Assembly (NCBI GenBank): GCA_946965045.2
Contig: OX337231.1
Location: 3,100,001 to 3,164,000, forward strand
DNA from: Epithemia pelagica
Taxonomy: Eukaryota; Protista; Bacillariophyta
Direction of reading: 5' to 3'
DNA length: 64,000 nucleotides
The notes beneath the pieces are model-generated. The model did not search any database. It was not told the origin of the DNA and was given only the letters and a program-made list of their open reading frames with translations. The translations under genes and the position numbers were made by a program. Of the stretch, positions 10,101-22,353 are shown one piece after another (positions within the stretch are counted from its first letter, which is position 1; each line of letters starts with the position of its first letter).

Positions 10101-13100
10101 GCATCATGTCAGCAAGATACAAAGGAACATTCGCCGTTCCCATTGGTATTCGCAAAGGAGACTGGACAGAAAAACGATGATATGCTCAAGGCCGACAGAA
10201 ATCGACCGTTCAAGTCCTCAGCAATCATGTCGGCAGAGTCTTTGTCTGTGAACTCGGTGCTCACAGATGCTGATTTCAGACGTCTGGACTCTACGGAACT
10301 CTCGCCGACTGCGAGATTAGACAATGCTGTTTTCTCCGATGCAAGTTCTTGGGTAGACGAGGAAGATGAACACGCTACCAACACCAAAAACGTCCCACAA
10401 TCTCTAACTCCGCGCTCTACAAACGGTCGTGGAAGGTCTCAAGGTCGTACAGTTGCCAACGTGTTATCAGATGATGTGAATTCTACAGCGTCAACCCAGG
10501 TTCAGGGTAATTTGAAAGGAAACAGAGAAATGCGGTATCCGGCTCGGAGCAATCTCCATGTCCCCACTAGGCCTGGAGAAGGGAAAGCTGAAGTACCAGC
10601 AGTATCTAGTAACGTTCAAGCTAGCGACGGGAACGAACCTAAGAAACCGTCGGTCGCGAGTCGTTTTCCTGTCCCCTCCTCCTCATATTCCGACAATGCG
10701 AGCCAACAGCAAAGTGAAGATTGGCATAGCGATTCACCTGGCAATCCACTTGCCCCGATGGTTAATGGTATGAAAGACACAATACTAAACAAAGACGACC
10801 ATTCGGTAGACTCGAACAAGGAAGGATCGGTTGGTGATTCAACCGCTTTCTTTGACGCTGAAGAAGAAGGATCCCTGGCTTCGTTCGTCAGTCTTGAAGC
10901 GATACTTTCTATGTCGCCAAGAAGTTCGCTGCTACAACTTTCAGAGGAGATGGGTCAAGGAAACAACGCGTATGTTTGTGCCAGTATGTTTTCTCCGGCG
11001 GAATCAAACGACGACTCGGCACATGAAGGAGAGGAATCATTACAATCGTCATTCCTCAATGCCATCCAGAAAGGGATCGGCGACCAATCAAATTTGGAGC
11101 TGAAATCTTGTTACAAGAGCATGCAGAGAGGCGCAACGGGACCGTGTTCTCCGTCTCATACAACAAGTTCGGACGATGACGCCTTGGTCTCGTGTGGACT
11201 CACCTGCGCTGATTCTACGAAACATGGACAAGTTCAACATCACTCTGGTTCCTTCACGAGTTCTCAAGAAGACTCTAAAAAGGAAACAGAAGGAGCCGTC
11301 CGCATAGCAGCGATCCGTCGTCGTGAGCTTATGAGACGGAAAAGATTGAAACAGTTGTACAGTTCATTGGGCGAGAAGAAACAGAGCGACTCAGTGGAAC
11401 CAGGCAATAACACAACATCGATCGGAAATTCCACCGTTCCACCTCAAACGTCTAGTATCGATGCGAATATTCGTGCAATCATGTTGCAAAGTCGCGCTGT
11501 TGTACTGCAAAAAAATGTTCGACGGATGCTTGCTGTGAGAACACATCGCAGGACTACCAGGGCGGCTATCCTAATACAGTGCGCAGTGAGAAAAGTACTG
11601 TCCCAAATTCTTCTTTCAAGAAAGAAAGAGGAATACAGGAACAAAACGACGGCAAGTACACGCATACAGACCTACGTACGGATGATTCAAGCTATTCAAA
11701 AACTTGAAGCGGCTAAAAGGATACGACACTCGGCGATCGTAATACAGGCTCATTATCGCGGACACCTGGCAATTCACGAGTTCCAGTTCACGAGAAGTTG
11801 TGCAATACTGATACAGGCCCATGTCCGTAGATTGCTCAGGACCGAGAAGTATCGTGCCATGAAAACTGCTTCAGTTTTTATTCAGAGAAACATCAGGATG
11901 GTGCAAGCAGTTGAAATGTTGTTGCTTTCCAAACTATCCACGATTTTCATCCAGCGCAATTATAGAAGATGGCTTGCAATAAAGAGATTCGAAATCGCAA
12001 AGGATGCTGCTGTCACAATCCAATCTCTCTATCGAAGATCCACTACTCTTCGAAGTTTCCTGGCGGTAAAGCGATGCATCATTTACCTTCAGGCGTCCTG
12101 GAGGCGCTTTTATATACGGCGAAACTTTAACAACATGCTGAGTTCAGTGGTTGTGCTGCAATCTCTCGTAAGGGCTCGTGGATCGAGAAAGGTATTTCTG
12201 TCCTTCCGAATGTCAGTGGTAGCTCTTCAAGCCCGTGCACGGTCTGTGACTGCCACGAGGATATACTCGAAACTCCTGTCCAGAGTAATACGGATACAAA
12301 CTTTCTGGCGTTGTACACATGCAAGAAAGTCTTACGCTCGGACTCTAGCTGGCTTTATTGCATTTCAAGGACTTGCAAGGATACTGCTTGCCCGGGGCAA
12401 AGCTTGGATTCGTTGGTTTGCTATTGTTACAATTCAGTCGTTCGAAAGAAGAAGGCAAGCGCAAAAAGCACTTAGAGCAGCCAAAATTGTGTGGCAAATC
12501 GAGACAGCCTTCTCGAACTCAACCAATCCTGCGACAGTTCCAGCAAACTTGTTGCAACGAGGAGAAAGCAATGCTGTCCATTGCAATTCAGTGCTTGCGC
12601 ATAATTCGAATTCACTTGTCACAAGCAATACCTCGAAGACTGGCGATGTTGACATGGAATTAAATTCGATGGCCGAAATGGAAATGGACGTTGCAGCAAG
12701 CACCATGGAGCTTGAGGACCAGATTCCCCCGGGTTGCCCACAGATAGTCGCTGGTCTCCTAAATGGAGAACGTCCGATGCCGGCAAGAGTTGATTCCAGT
12801 GAATCCAATTCTCTTGTGTCTGTCAGAGCAACTCGGACAGAACCAACGAACAACATGCCCAACTGCAATCCCATGCCTGTATGCACCCAGGCATCCGTTG
12901 GATCAGTTTCGATTGATGAATCAGTCGTTCCAACAAGAGTATATTCCGACCATTCAACAACTGGCACCCAAGACGAAATGTCTACAAAGGATTTTTCGAT
13001 GTCAACCAAAGGTCACTCTTCGTCTGCGTTCACGAGTGCTTTCGCATCGGCATCACCAAAGACGGCATCACTGGCGACTTCTTTCAGAGAGGGCTTCAAA

Positions 13101-15733
13101 CAGATTCTTCAATGCGCGAATTCAGAAGATGATTTAGGTGGCAGTGGCAGTGCAAGCGGTGAAGAGATAAGCACCGTTGGTGAGACGGCTCGCTCTACGA
13201 AGAAGAAATCGGATCAAAACGAAAGAGACCTTGGGGGGATTAAAATTGTCTTTGCTGACACAGTAGAGTATTCTGATACCGCTGAGCTAGAGTCGAAAAC
13301 AGAGGCTGCTCTTGGCAAAGGTGAAGAAAATAGCAATGAAGACGAAACCAGACAGACAAGTGACGAGGCGACCATGGATGATACAACAATTCGTGAAAAC
13401 GATACGAATGATTCTAGTGTAAACGACACTGAATCTCACCGTCAAGAAAATAGAGATTCGCAGAGACCGCCATTGGTAGATGACGACTGCAACGGCGTCA
13501 ACATTGGAGACTTCTTGGAATCGACAATTGACTTGATGTGCCTCTCTCCTGGTGGGGTTTCACAATTCTTCCCTCTGAGTCCTCAAAACATGGGAGCGGA
13601 ATGCCACAGGTTCTCTGCTGATTGCCAAAACTTTTCTTCCCAGTCTTGGACCAACGCGTCCGGAGACACAAAGCCCCGAAGGCAATCGAAGAATCCCCAC
13701 CACAACCGAAATTCTAATCGACCGGGCAAGCGCTCATCTGAGGACAAAACTTACCGAGCTCCGTCACCTCGTGTGAACCGCAGAATGAATGAAAAGACGA
13801 ATTATGACAGAGCTCTTGTACATACAGTCGTCGAAAAGTCGCGATTACCACCTCAGCACTCCACCCATGAAAGATCTGGGAGGAACACGCCTCGATCTTC
13901 GCGCTCAGCTTTTCACAGCGGCAGTGGATCGAAGTTCCCACCTTCCTCTCCAAGTCCTCGAAGAACGTCGGGTTCTTTCAGTGGAAATTCAAGGAATGTA
14001 AGAGAACTTTCCTTTGAGGAAAGAACTATCCAGTCGTCAAGTCCAGGTCCAGAAGAATGGAAAGGTCGTCGATACCCAGCCTTCCATCGCACTCCTGTGG
14101 ACGCCACAGCATCATCGCACGGACAAGATTCGGATCTCACCAGAAACGACGAACTTTTCCATCTTCTGGCAAATATGCTCCTTGAATATTTCCAGTCCAA
14201 ACTCAATGATGGCGGAAACTCAATTATTATCAAAGGAGAAGACAAACCTCAAATCGAGCTCCTTCTTCCAGGTGACAAGCGTGATAGCTTTGTTGAGGCG
14301 GCGCGGAACCGGGTATCGACCATCACCTCTCAGGCAAGCTCCCTCCATCCAGTACTTATGAAATGCCAAGAACTCGGTTTTGACCGTGAGGGTGAAAGTA
14401 ACCCTATTTTGTCTTCGAGGGATCTTTCGAACGAGCCGATTATCATTGATTTGACCTCCCAGCCTCAAACAATGGAAGTACCCCCATCGCCTCCCACCGA
14501 GGGCTCCGATGAAGATAAAAACAACAGGAAACGTGTTGTTGCTGATGGGCTTGTTCGATCTGTTAAAGAACAAGAAACAGTTGATTCAGAGCTCACCCGT
14601 CAACAACTCACTGCCGAACTTCGAGAAGCAACAAATTTGATGACCGACTCAGAGAACCCGGAAACCTCACTATTCTGGAGAAACCATGTTTTGGATCTAC
14701 AAAATAGGTTGCTCACGATACAAGGTGAAGATAAACAGTCTCATACCCATCCCGATGAAATTTTGGAAAGGAACCACAAACTCCTTTCTGAGTTTCAGAA
14801 CAGGGAGCAGTACTCACCACCAAGCTACACGGAGAGCCAACAAGAAGCAGTTGTTCCTAGCACTCAAGATCAACATCACCATACCAGTATCCATGATAAT
14901 GCTGAAGACCAGTCGCGCATGGTTGATGTTATTTCGCCTGCTGATCTCCCAGGTGGATATCACTTCGAAGCGGAAATCGAGGGCCAGCGCTTTCTGGCCA
15001 CGGTGCCACCATGCGGCGTCCGGCAAGGGGAGACCTTCACGTCGGTAATGCGAGAGCTTGATTCCGTTGCCATCGATATACCCGTTGCGTACTGGAAAGA
15101 CGGGATGACGAGTGCCTGCAAACATGGTTGCTGTCACCCGTCCATTTGGAATGCTATTTTTTGCCCATTGAGTAAGTGTGAAACCCTCTCCTACTTTCAT
15201 CGCGATAGATGCTTACTTACTATTATTTTTGCATTTTAACAGTCGCACTAGCGCAGATCGGCCAACGCATTCAGCTCGACTTTTTGGGACGGCCGCAGCA
15301 CCCGCAGAGCGAACATCCGTACTACTCAAACAGAACTATGATGAGTATTGTGATTATATTCTGGTTCATGGTGAACTGTGGATTGATTGCTGGTTGTGTC
15401 TACAAGTGGAAACTCGCTTTGGAAGTCAGCTTTGCCGATTATTCGGCCCTCGCGTTGATCAATGTTGCGATGGTTGGCTTCACCATATTTGTCACGCAGT
15501 CTACCCGATACAGCTTAAGAGAGAAGTTTTTGATTAGGGAGGAACGTTGCTACGATCTCGAGGATGTCGTTTGCTCGATTTTCTGTCTCCCCTGTGTGGT
15601 TTGCCAAATGCAACGGCACACTGCTAACTATAATGAACATGATGCAGTGTGCTGCTCGAAAACTGGTCTTCCAGATGGCGTTGGCTTGCTAACAGACAAC
15701 AACCCGGAAAAATCATCCGCCTTTATTGTGTAA
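7158..15733 (+). CDS. Very large protein: disordered N-terminus, about 14 IQ calmodulin-binding motifs, C-terminal PLAC8 (Cys-rich) membrane domain; 2 exons
   Basis: Exon 7158-15171, intron 15172-15242 (GTAAGT...TTTTAACAG), exon 15243-15733. The join reads CPL-I-ALAQIGQR in frame. IQ motifs (IQxxxR) lie at about 11490-12470. PLAC8 signatures: DGMTSACKHGCCHPSIWNAIFCP, LREKFLI, CSIFCLPCVVCQMQRH. Confidence 0.8.
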
Positions 15734-15895
15734 GACAGAAAATTGTCGAAGACGCAACATCTTCAAGAAATTATAAATCATAATCGTTTACCATCTACTC
15801 GCAAATTACAGATTAGTGGCCAACCTCATTCATCATCCACCATCAATTCAACGGTCTGACCTTAGGACAGAGACGGGTGGATATCCCACCCAAAA

Positions 15896-18800
15896 TCAAT
15901 AGTGTGACCTTAGGACAGACGGGTGAATATCGTTTGACTCATAAAAAGCCTGCAAGAGGTCCAGTTCAAGCACGTGTACACCACAGGCGTCTGAACAGAA
16001 GCGAGAGTCAAATCTCGCGTTCTTGTTGCAATCTTCACGAATACATTTTTTGCAAGTAAGTTTAGAACTTTCGTCGTTGCCGTCTGATGTCTCTTTCGTC
16101 TGCTTGTGACTGTCCAAACGTCGAATCGACGGAGAAAAACCGAAGCTATCAAATTCTTCATCCGTATAGCATGGATCAAATAGATTCTTGTACTCTTCTT
16201 CAAACCCGACTGGTACAGGTCGTTTGGTATCACGCAACAGAAAAAGGAGCATATTATGGCGATCTGTTTGACCCTCCGCGTCCTCGACAGCGACGAGGAG
16301 TCTTTCCAGCTCTTTGGTTCGAACACGTTGTCGCTCCTTTGTTCGATATCCATACCCTCTCCCAAGACGTGTAAGTAAGTCAGCCCATTGCTTCTCCGCT
16401 TTGTCATGGCGAGCTTGCACACTTCTCGTGTGTCCCCCGACGTGAGTTGCCGACACACTGCCGAGGGGCCACTTGTAAGTTCCACCGTGTTTTGAAAACG
16501 ACATGCTTCGCATGACTGCAGTTGTGGAAAGACCACGCCTCAGCTGTTCCATTCTTTGACGTTCAATCCTTGCCTTGGCCATTGGATATTCTTTTATGAT
16601 CTCCTTCTCTTGGTGACATTGCTCACAAATGGCAACAAAGGGTTCATTCGCGTTCTTACGGACGGAATAGGGCTCGAAGTGACCTCCACAAACTGCATGA
16701 CGCCAAGTACCGCATATTGAGCAACATACCATCATCTCTCCAGGGTAACATTCAGTTACTTGAAAGCAATAAACGAGCTCGGCTAATGAACCCACATTCT
16801 TTCGTTTCAACCGATGGAGTCGACAGTGCGGAATCTTTTCAAGAACACCCGGTTCCAGTTCTGTCTCGAGGCGTTCGTCAATTTTCTTTTCGTTGACGCG
16901 AAGGCATGTCGGATTGGACTTCAGTAACAGGTCTCGCGGGTCTTCAAAAGCATCCTCGTCACTTGTTTCACCAGCGTGTCGACGTTCTCGACGGCGACCA
17001 GCGGTGGAAGGCCACCACGTATCCACTGGGTACGGATAATCCAATACATTTGACTTCCTCTTTTGGGTCTCTTGTCTGCCCTCTTTCCCGTCAACCTTGC
17101 CCATCCTCTGATTTTCGTCTTGTTGTCCCGTTTGATCTTCGTTTTCAGTGTGCTCATCGCCTTTTTGGTTCTCGATTACCATTACATCTTCCTGTTCACC
17201 CAAGAAGGCGTTGCCATGGCTCACTCCAATTTCTTCATTCAAAACTGGTTCCTCCGGCAAACTCGGGAAGTAAGATTCCAACATGCTTGTAACAATGGAT
17301 TGGGCAGGGGGTCGATCATGAGGCGGATGTCCATCTTCAGGCGAAGGCTTGGTTGGAGCTTTATCTTCTTTTTCTTCGTCTTCCGTCCATTGTTTATCCT
17401 TCAAAAACTGCAATACATGGGCAGCTTCAAACGCTTTTTCTTCAGAATTTGCTGCGGCAAGCAACTCTACAACCGTCCCCAACCTCGACGAGCCCTCCTC
17501 AATACGACGAACAGGCGCGTGTTTCCCTTCCTTTCGCGAAGCCGAAGCGACAGTCGAACCCGGAGCAAGTGAAAGAAGCGCCGAAGCACCAGTTCCACCA
17601 GACAGAGGAGGAATGCTACCCTCCATTTTCCCTTCACTATTGTCGTCGATAACAATCTCTACTCTCTCATTCATAGTAGTACTGCCGCTGCTTTCGCCGG
17701 CGTGCATTCCATCGGGTAGGCCGGGTGCATCATTTTCGGTTTTCATTCCAGCAGCACGTTCGGCCATTGCTTGAAGGATCGCTTCTGCTCTCATTCGATG
17801 TTCTTCCTCATCTACCACCTCTTTCTTCTTTTTCGCTGCCTTGATAGAAGTAATAGAATCAGCTGGCTTGCGGGGGCGTCCTCGTTTCCGTTTTCCGGGA
17901 AGTTTTTGGTCTCTGTCAGCGGCCGAAGCTCGGGACGACTTGCCCTTTTCTTTTTTACCACTAGGACGTGAATCAGGACCTTGCTTCTTGTGTTGCGCAA
18001 TGACATAATCTTCGAGTTCCACGCTGTCGACCGAGTTCTTGCGGGACAAGGGGAGCCGTTCCGCGGTTTCTTCCGAGACACTCCCCACCGATTCCGATGT
18101 CGCAGCCACAGCAGCAGCTGCAACGGCAATGCCTGGAGCTACCGGTGGCGATGTGGCAGAATTGCTTGCAGCAACAGCAGCGCTGGGTACCGAAGCAACG
18201 GCAGGGGGCTGTGGAGGCGGTGCCGGAACAGCACCTGGACCGACTCCTGCGTTTCGTAATACCAGGTCCAGACTTGACATAGGTCCACTTCCTCGGAGAT
18301 GTGCATGAAGCGCCGCAGTCTGTTGCTGCTGATTATGTTGTTGTTGCTGCTGTTGTTGGTGCCTCAATTCTTCTTGGTAACGCAATTGCGCTTGGGCTGC
18401 GGCTTGAACTGAGGCATGATGGGTGGGGTGCGCAAAGGCGGCATGGGCCGACTGCGGGACCGAAGTCGCACCGGCTGCAGCGGCTGCCCCAGCATACTGT
18501 TGCTCTTGAGCTACGGCCGCTGCTTGTCGCGCACGATAAGCCGCAGCAGCAGCTTGTTGCTCCACCTGCTCTGCTCCTCGAGCAATTCGCTCTTTCAACA
18601 AGAGACTGGCGTAGTGTTGCTGAAGATCCGGCAATTGCTCTAGCTCGGCCACGGCGTTTGCGCGCATCTGCAATTCGTGCAATTGGTGGTCCAATTGATC
18701 TTGATACAAGGCATTCCTGTAGCGAATATCGCGATGCTGTTGCTCCAGTCGTTGCTGTTGTTCCACATAAAGATTGGCTGACAATTCATCCACACTGGGC

Positions 18801-19096
18801 AAGCCCAACGCAGCTCGCATTTGGGCATTTGTTACCTGGAAATGAAAAGCAAATTTCACCAATTTCAGAAACAAAACAACCCAATTTCATGTTCTCGGCA
18901 AACATCAAAACCAAACACAAGAACAGGACAGAGCTCACACGAACAAGTTTCACGCAAGAAAATCACGATCCGTTTGCACCCGAAGTAGATATCACCAAGC
19001 CGTCCGTAATGATCTTCCAATCTCTCAACCTCAGGTACTTACCCTGCCAGGATTTCCAGGATTCCCGTTAGGATCGAAAGGGAATCGTCCAGCCAT
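15896..19096 (-). CDS. Chromatin protein with AT-hook, PHD-type finger and Cfp1/Spp1(CXXC1)-like C-terminal Cys cluster; 2 exons
   Basis: Exon 1 19096-19043 (MAGRFPFDPNGNPGNPGR|GTAAGT), intron to TTTCCAG at 18836, exon 2 18835-15896 (phase 0). Motifs: KRKRGRPRK; CCSICGTWRHAVC...CEQC; CIREDCNKNARFDSRFCSDACG. Confidence 0.7.
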
Positions 19097-19827
19097 GGTG
19101 TTCAATAGCGTTCAATGGATATCGACAAATTGGACCGGGAACTTCCAATGTCGGCGCTGTTATGTTTTTGTGGATAAAAAAGGGAAAAGTGTGAGGCAAC
19201 AAGCAAGCCAGGGACGACTGGGCCAACCCCAAAAGCGCTGCAACGAAACAACGAAGGGGACTTGTTCCATAGCCACGCGTATTTTCGGTTTTATACATAG
19301 AAATGGAGTGTACGTTTCATACAGTAATATATTTAAAATGTAACGGTAACAGTTATAAGGCAATTGTGAGATAATCCCAAAACTGTCCGCCAAGATACAC
19401 TACAAAGACTGATACTATCTTCCAGTCAGTACCGAAAGCCGTGAAATTAAAAGGCCCTTCCGAATATGATACACTCTAGCACTTTGGACAGCAGATATCC
19501 ATTGCATAATATTAAGCTTCTCTTCCTTGTCGCGCTGAGGCGTGATAGACCACCATAGAGCTATTGTTTCCCACTTGAAGAAACTAGGAGTATGACCCAC
19601 ACTATTACTCGTACAACCGATCAAGAATCAAGATATCACAGATCAAAGGAGTACGAGTAGGTAGATGATAGGAGTAGAGTTTTATGAATCAGCAGCATCA
19701 ACAATCAACATAGTCGTAGCAGATAACAGCATACTCCCACTCCTCTAGTAGGCAATAGGACCTATGCCTACGGATATAAAGTTTCACCACCACATCTTCC
19801 ATCACCATGACCATGAACAATCAGCTC

Positions 19828-20958
19828 CTATTTCTTCTTGTCACCTCCTACGCCTCTCAAAACTTGCAATATTGATCCAAAGTCTTGCGTCCCTTTCCCT
19901 TGAAGAGAGCACATTTGGTATAACTCTTTGGAGGTGGAAGTGAGAGGGAGTGCCACGTGTTTCTCGCTAGCCACTTGCATTGCCAAGCCCAAATCTTTGA
20001 GCATAAGGTTAGTCGCGAACCCACCCTGGTAGTTCCGCGATGCGGGGGCTCCTGTTGCAGCTGCTACCTCGGGATGGGGATTGTTCACTTTGGAACTCCA
20101 GCAGGCGGCAGTGGAGGAATTGAGAACCGACGAGAGCACAACTGGATCCACACCCAAGGATTCACCCAAATTGAGTGCCTCGCTTATACCAATCATTTGA
20201 CAAGCCAAGGCCAAGTTATTACAAAGCTTGGTAGCTGCTCCAGCACCCACCTCAGGACCGCATTCAATGACCCGAGATCCCATCTGCTCCAAGACGAAGT
20301 GAACGTCAATGCTACTCTTGGGTAGGGACGAGCATCCCCCGAGCATAAAGGTAAGGGTGCCATCTGTCGCACCTTTCACTCCTCCACTTACAGGTGCATC
20401 GTATAATACTGCGGTCCCAGCTTCGTCTAGAATTTGTGCCATTTCACTAGATGTGGAAGGACTTACGGTGGAGCAGTCTATGACCACTCGTTTCTCCAAA
20501 GATTTGTCGTCTTGCTGCCAGCAGCCGTGTAAGGTCTTCAAGACAGACTTCACAGCTGAATCTCCTGGTAACATTGTGATAACAAGCGGTTGTGCTGCCA
20601 GGTCGCCGAGGTCTTTCACCAGTTCAACACCATCCAATGCAGCTGCACGGTCGCATGCCTCCGTACTGTTGTCAAAAACGCAAATGGCGTGCGTGCCATT
20701 GGAGGCTTTGCTCAAATTCTCAACCATTGGTAGCCCCATATTCCCAAGACCGACAAACCCAATGGGAGGAAGTCCACTGCTGCTTGCTTGTGAAGTGCCT
20801 GTTGTGGAAAAGCATTGACGTCTTGGCTGCTGCGAAAGATTCTGCGCCAATGGTGAGAAGTGCCTTTGCCACAGAGAGGGACAGAAATGTTCTGTAAACG
20901 TGCCAGATTTCAACAAACGACAACAAAACCTCGAAGGAATGGAAGACTTCATCATCAT
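19828..20958 (-). CDS. HIBADH: 3-hydroxyisobutyrate dehydrogenase, mitochondrial
   Basis: IGFVGLGNMG Rossmann motif, VITMLP, IDCSTVSP, DAPVSGG, TFMLGG, TKLCNN, GFATNLMLKDL; basic presequence from MMMKSS at 20958. Confidence 0.93.
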   Translation of the reverse strand: MMMKSSIPSRFCCRLLKSGTFTEHFCPSLWQRHFSPLAQNLSQQPRRQCFSTTGTSQASSSGLPPIGFVGLGNMGLPMVENLSKASNGTHAICVFDNSTEACDRAAALDGVELVKDLGDLAAQPLVITMLPGDSAVKSVLKTLHGCWQQDDKSLEKRVVIDCSTVSPSTSSEMAQILDEAGTAVLYDAPVSGGVKGATDGTLTFMLGGCSSLPKSSIDVHFVLEQMGSRVIECGPEVGAGAATKLCNNLALACQMIGISEALNLGESLGVDPVVLSSVLNSSTAACWSSKVNNPHPEVAAATGAPASRNYQGGFATNLMLKDLGLAMQVASEKHVALPLTSTSKELYQMCSLQGKGTQDFGSILQVLRGVGGDKKK

Positions 20959-21205
20959 TGCTGTTGAAGAGATTGCTTGATTTCGTCTTCGTTTTGTCTT
21001 GTCTTGAACGACGACGCAAGAATAGATCCATCTGCTGGAGATGAGAACTATCGCTGTCACAAGAAAATCTCGTCGCGAAAAAGATTGGGTCGCACAAAAA
21101 ATGCTGGATCGTCGGTCCGTCACACAGATAAAAATGTGCCTTTGTTAACCACCAACCACATATACGGATCACTGGCCCATTCTCATTCATCCTGGAGGAA
21201 CCACA

Positions 21206-22108
21206 ATGGCAAAGAAGAAGAGACGAAACTTGGAAGAGAAGGACGAAGAAGCAAGCGTAAGCAGTGGTGGTGACGAGGGATCCGAAGATGAGAGTGAAGT
21301 AGCTGAACAAGAAGAGAATGGACACCTCAGCAAAAAGGCAAGACCATCCGAAGAACAGGACGACGAATCTGGTGCCCTGGTTTCTTCCGATGCCTTACCT
21401 GTAGTAACGTCGGAACCCCTTTCGGTTGGTCCGAACAAATCGTTGCGCGAGAATCAGCCGGTTATAGTGCTCCTGGATCAAGCAACCTTGGAAACCGTGA
21501 AACGAAACAACATGTACGAGCTCTTGAATTGTGACGACCACCGCGATTTAGTGAAACGCAAACTACGCAAAGACCCCAACAGTTATCGCCCCGATATATT
21601 ACATCAGGAGCTCTTGGCATTGCAAGATTCTCCACTTAACAAGGCCGGCTTGCTCAAAATATATGTGGCGACGCAAAAGAAGGTTTTGATTGACATTCAT
21701 CCATCCACACGTATCCCGCGTACCTACAAACGTTTTGCCGGTCTTATGGTACAGCTATTGCACAAAATGAAGATCAAAGCAGGGCAAGATCATACGACAT
21801 TGCTCAAGGTTATTAAAAACCCCTTCTCCCAATACTTACCAGCTGGAACTCGATGCTATGGCATGTCGTGCCAAGGAACACTGTATAGCCCTATAAACCT
21901 GGCTTCAGCCCTCTTACCGGAAGACTACGAAAACAAGAGAACACCACCAACTTGCTTTGTCGTGGGTGCTATGTCAACGGGGCATGTTCAATTGGAGGAT
22001 CATCCCTACATGGAAAAGATGATATCAGTGTCAGAGTATCCACTTTCTGGTGCTGCTGCTCTCTCCCGAATTGTAACTGGCATTGAACATTACTGGGGTA
22101 TTGTTTAG
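21206..22108 (+). CDS. EMG1: 18S rRNA pseudouridine N1-methyltransferase Nep1/EMG1
   Basis: LLNCDDH, RPDILHQELLALQDSPLNKAG, RIPRTYKRFAGLMVQLLHK, ISVSEYPLSGAAAL. Confidence 0.96.
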   Translation: MAKKKRRNLEEKDEEASVSSGGDEGSEDESEVAEQEENGHLSKKARPSEEQDDESGALVSSDALPVVTSEPLSVGPNKSLRENQPVIVLLDQATLETVKRNNMYELLNCDDHRDLVKRKLRKDPNSYRPDILHQELLALQDSPLNKAGLLKIYVATQKKVLIDIHPSTRIPRTYKRFAGLMVQLLHKMKIKAGQDHTTLLKVIKNPFSQYLPAGTRCYGMSCQGTLYSPINLASALLPEDYENKRTPPTCFVVGAMSTGHVQLEDHPYMEKMISVSEYPLSGAAALSRIVTGIEHYWGIV

Positions 22109-22353
22109 GAGTAACATTATTTATTTTTAATGTTACGACTATCGTTTAGACCGTGCTTCTGGAGGTTATCTTCTGTATGAGTAGATCCTGTGTGTGCTGT
22201 TCCGAGCATTCTCTGAATTGTCTACTTCTTCAAAGCAAAAACATTATTTTCCTTAGGAAAATTGTTTTATTTCCAAGATGGGGACCACTAGAAGAGATGG
22301 AAGTATGAAAAATGGTTCTTGCCAAAAAGCTATCAGATTATCTTTGTTGGTTG

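Noticed and set aside
15172-15239. C-terminal 23 aa of the 2693-aa ORF and N-terminus of ORF 15209
   Set aside because: Both are intron read-through (intron 15172-15242).
18301-19071. 256-aa plus-strand ORF and similar long antisense ORFs (e.g. 5010-5834, 30399-31133, 47945-48487)
   Set aside because: Shadow frames opposite well-supported genes with biased codon composition.
19747-19773. Hairpin GTAGGC-A-ATAGG-A-CCTAT-GCCTAC near a CTAG
   Set aside because: Resembles a Helitron 3' end, but the spacing is wrong and no matching 5' end or second copy was found; could be a 3'-UTR structure or chance.
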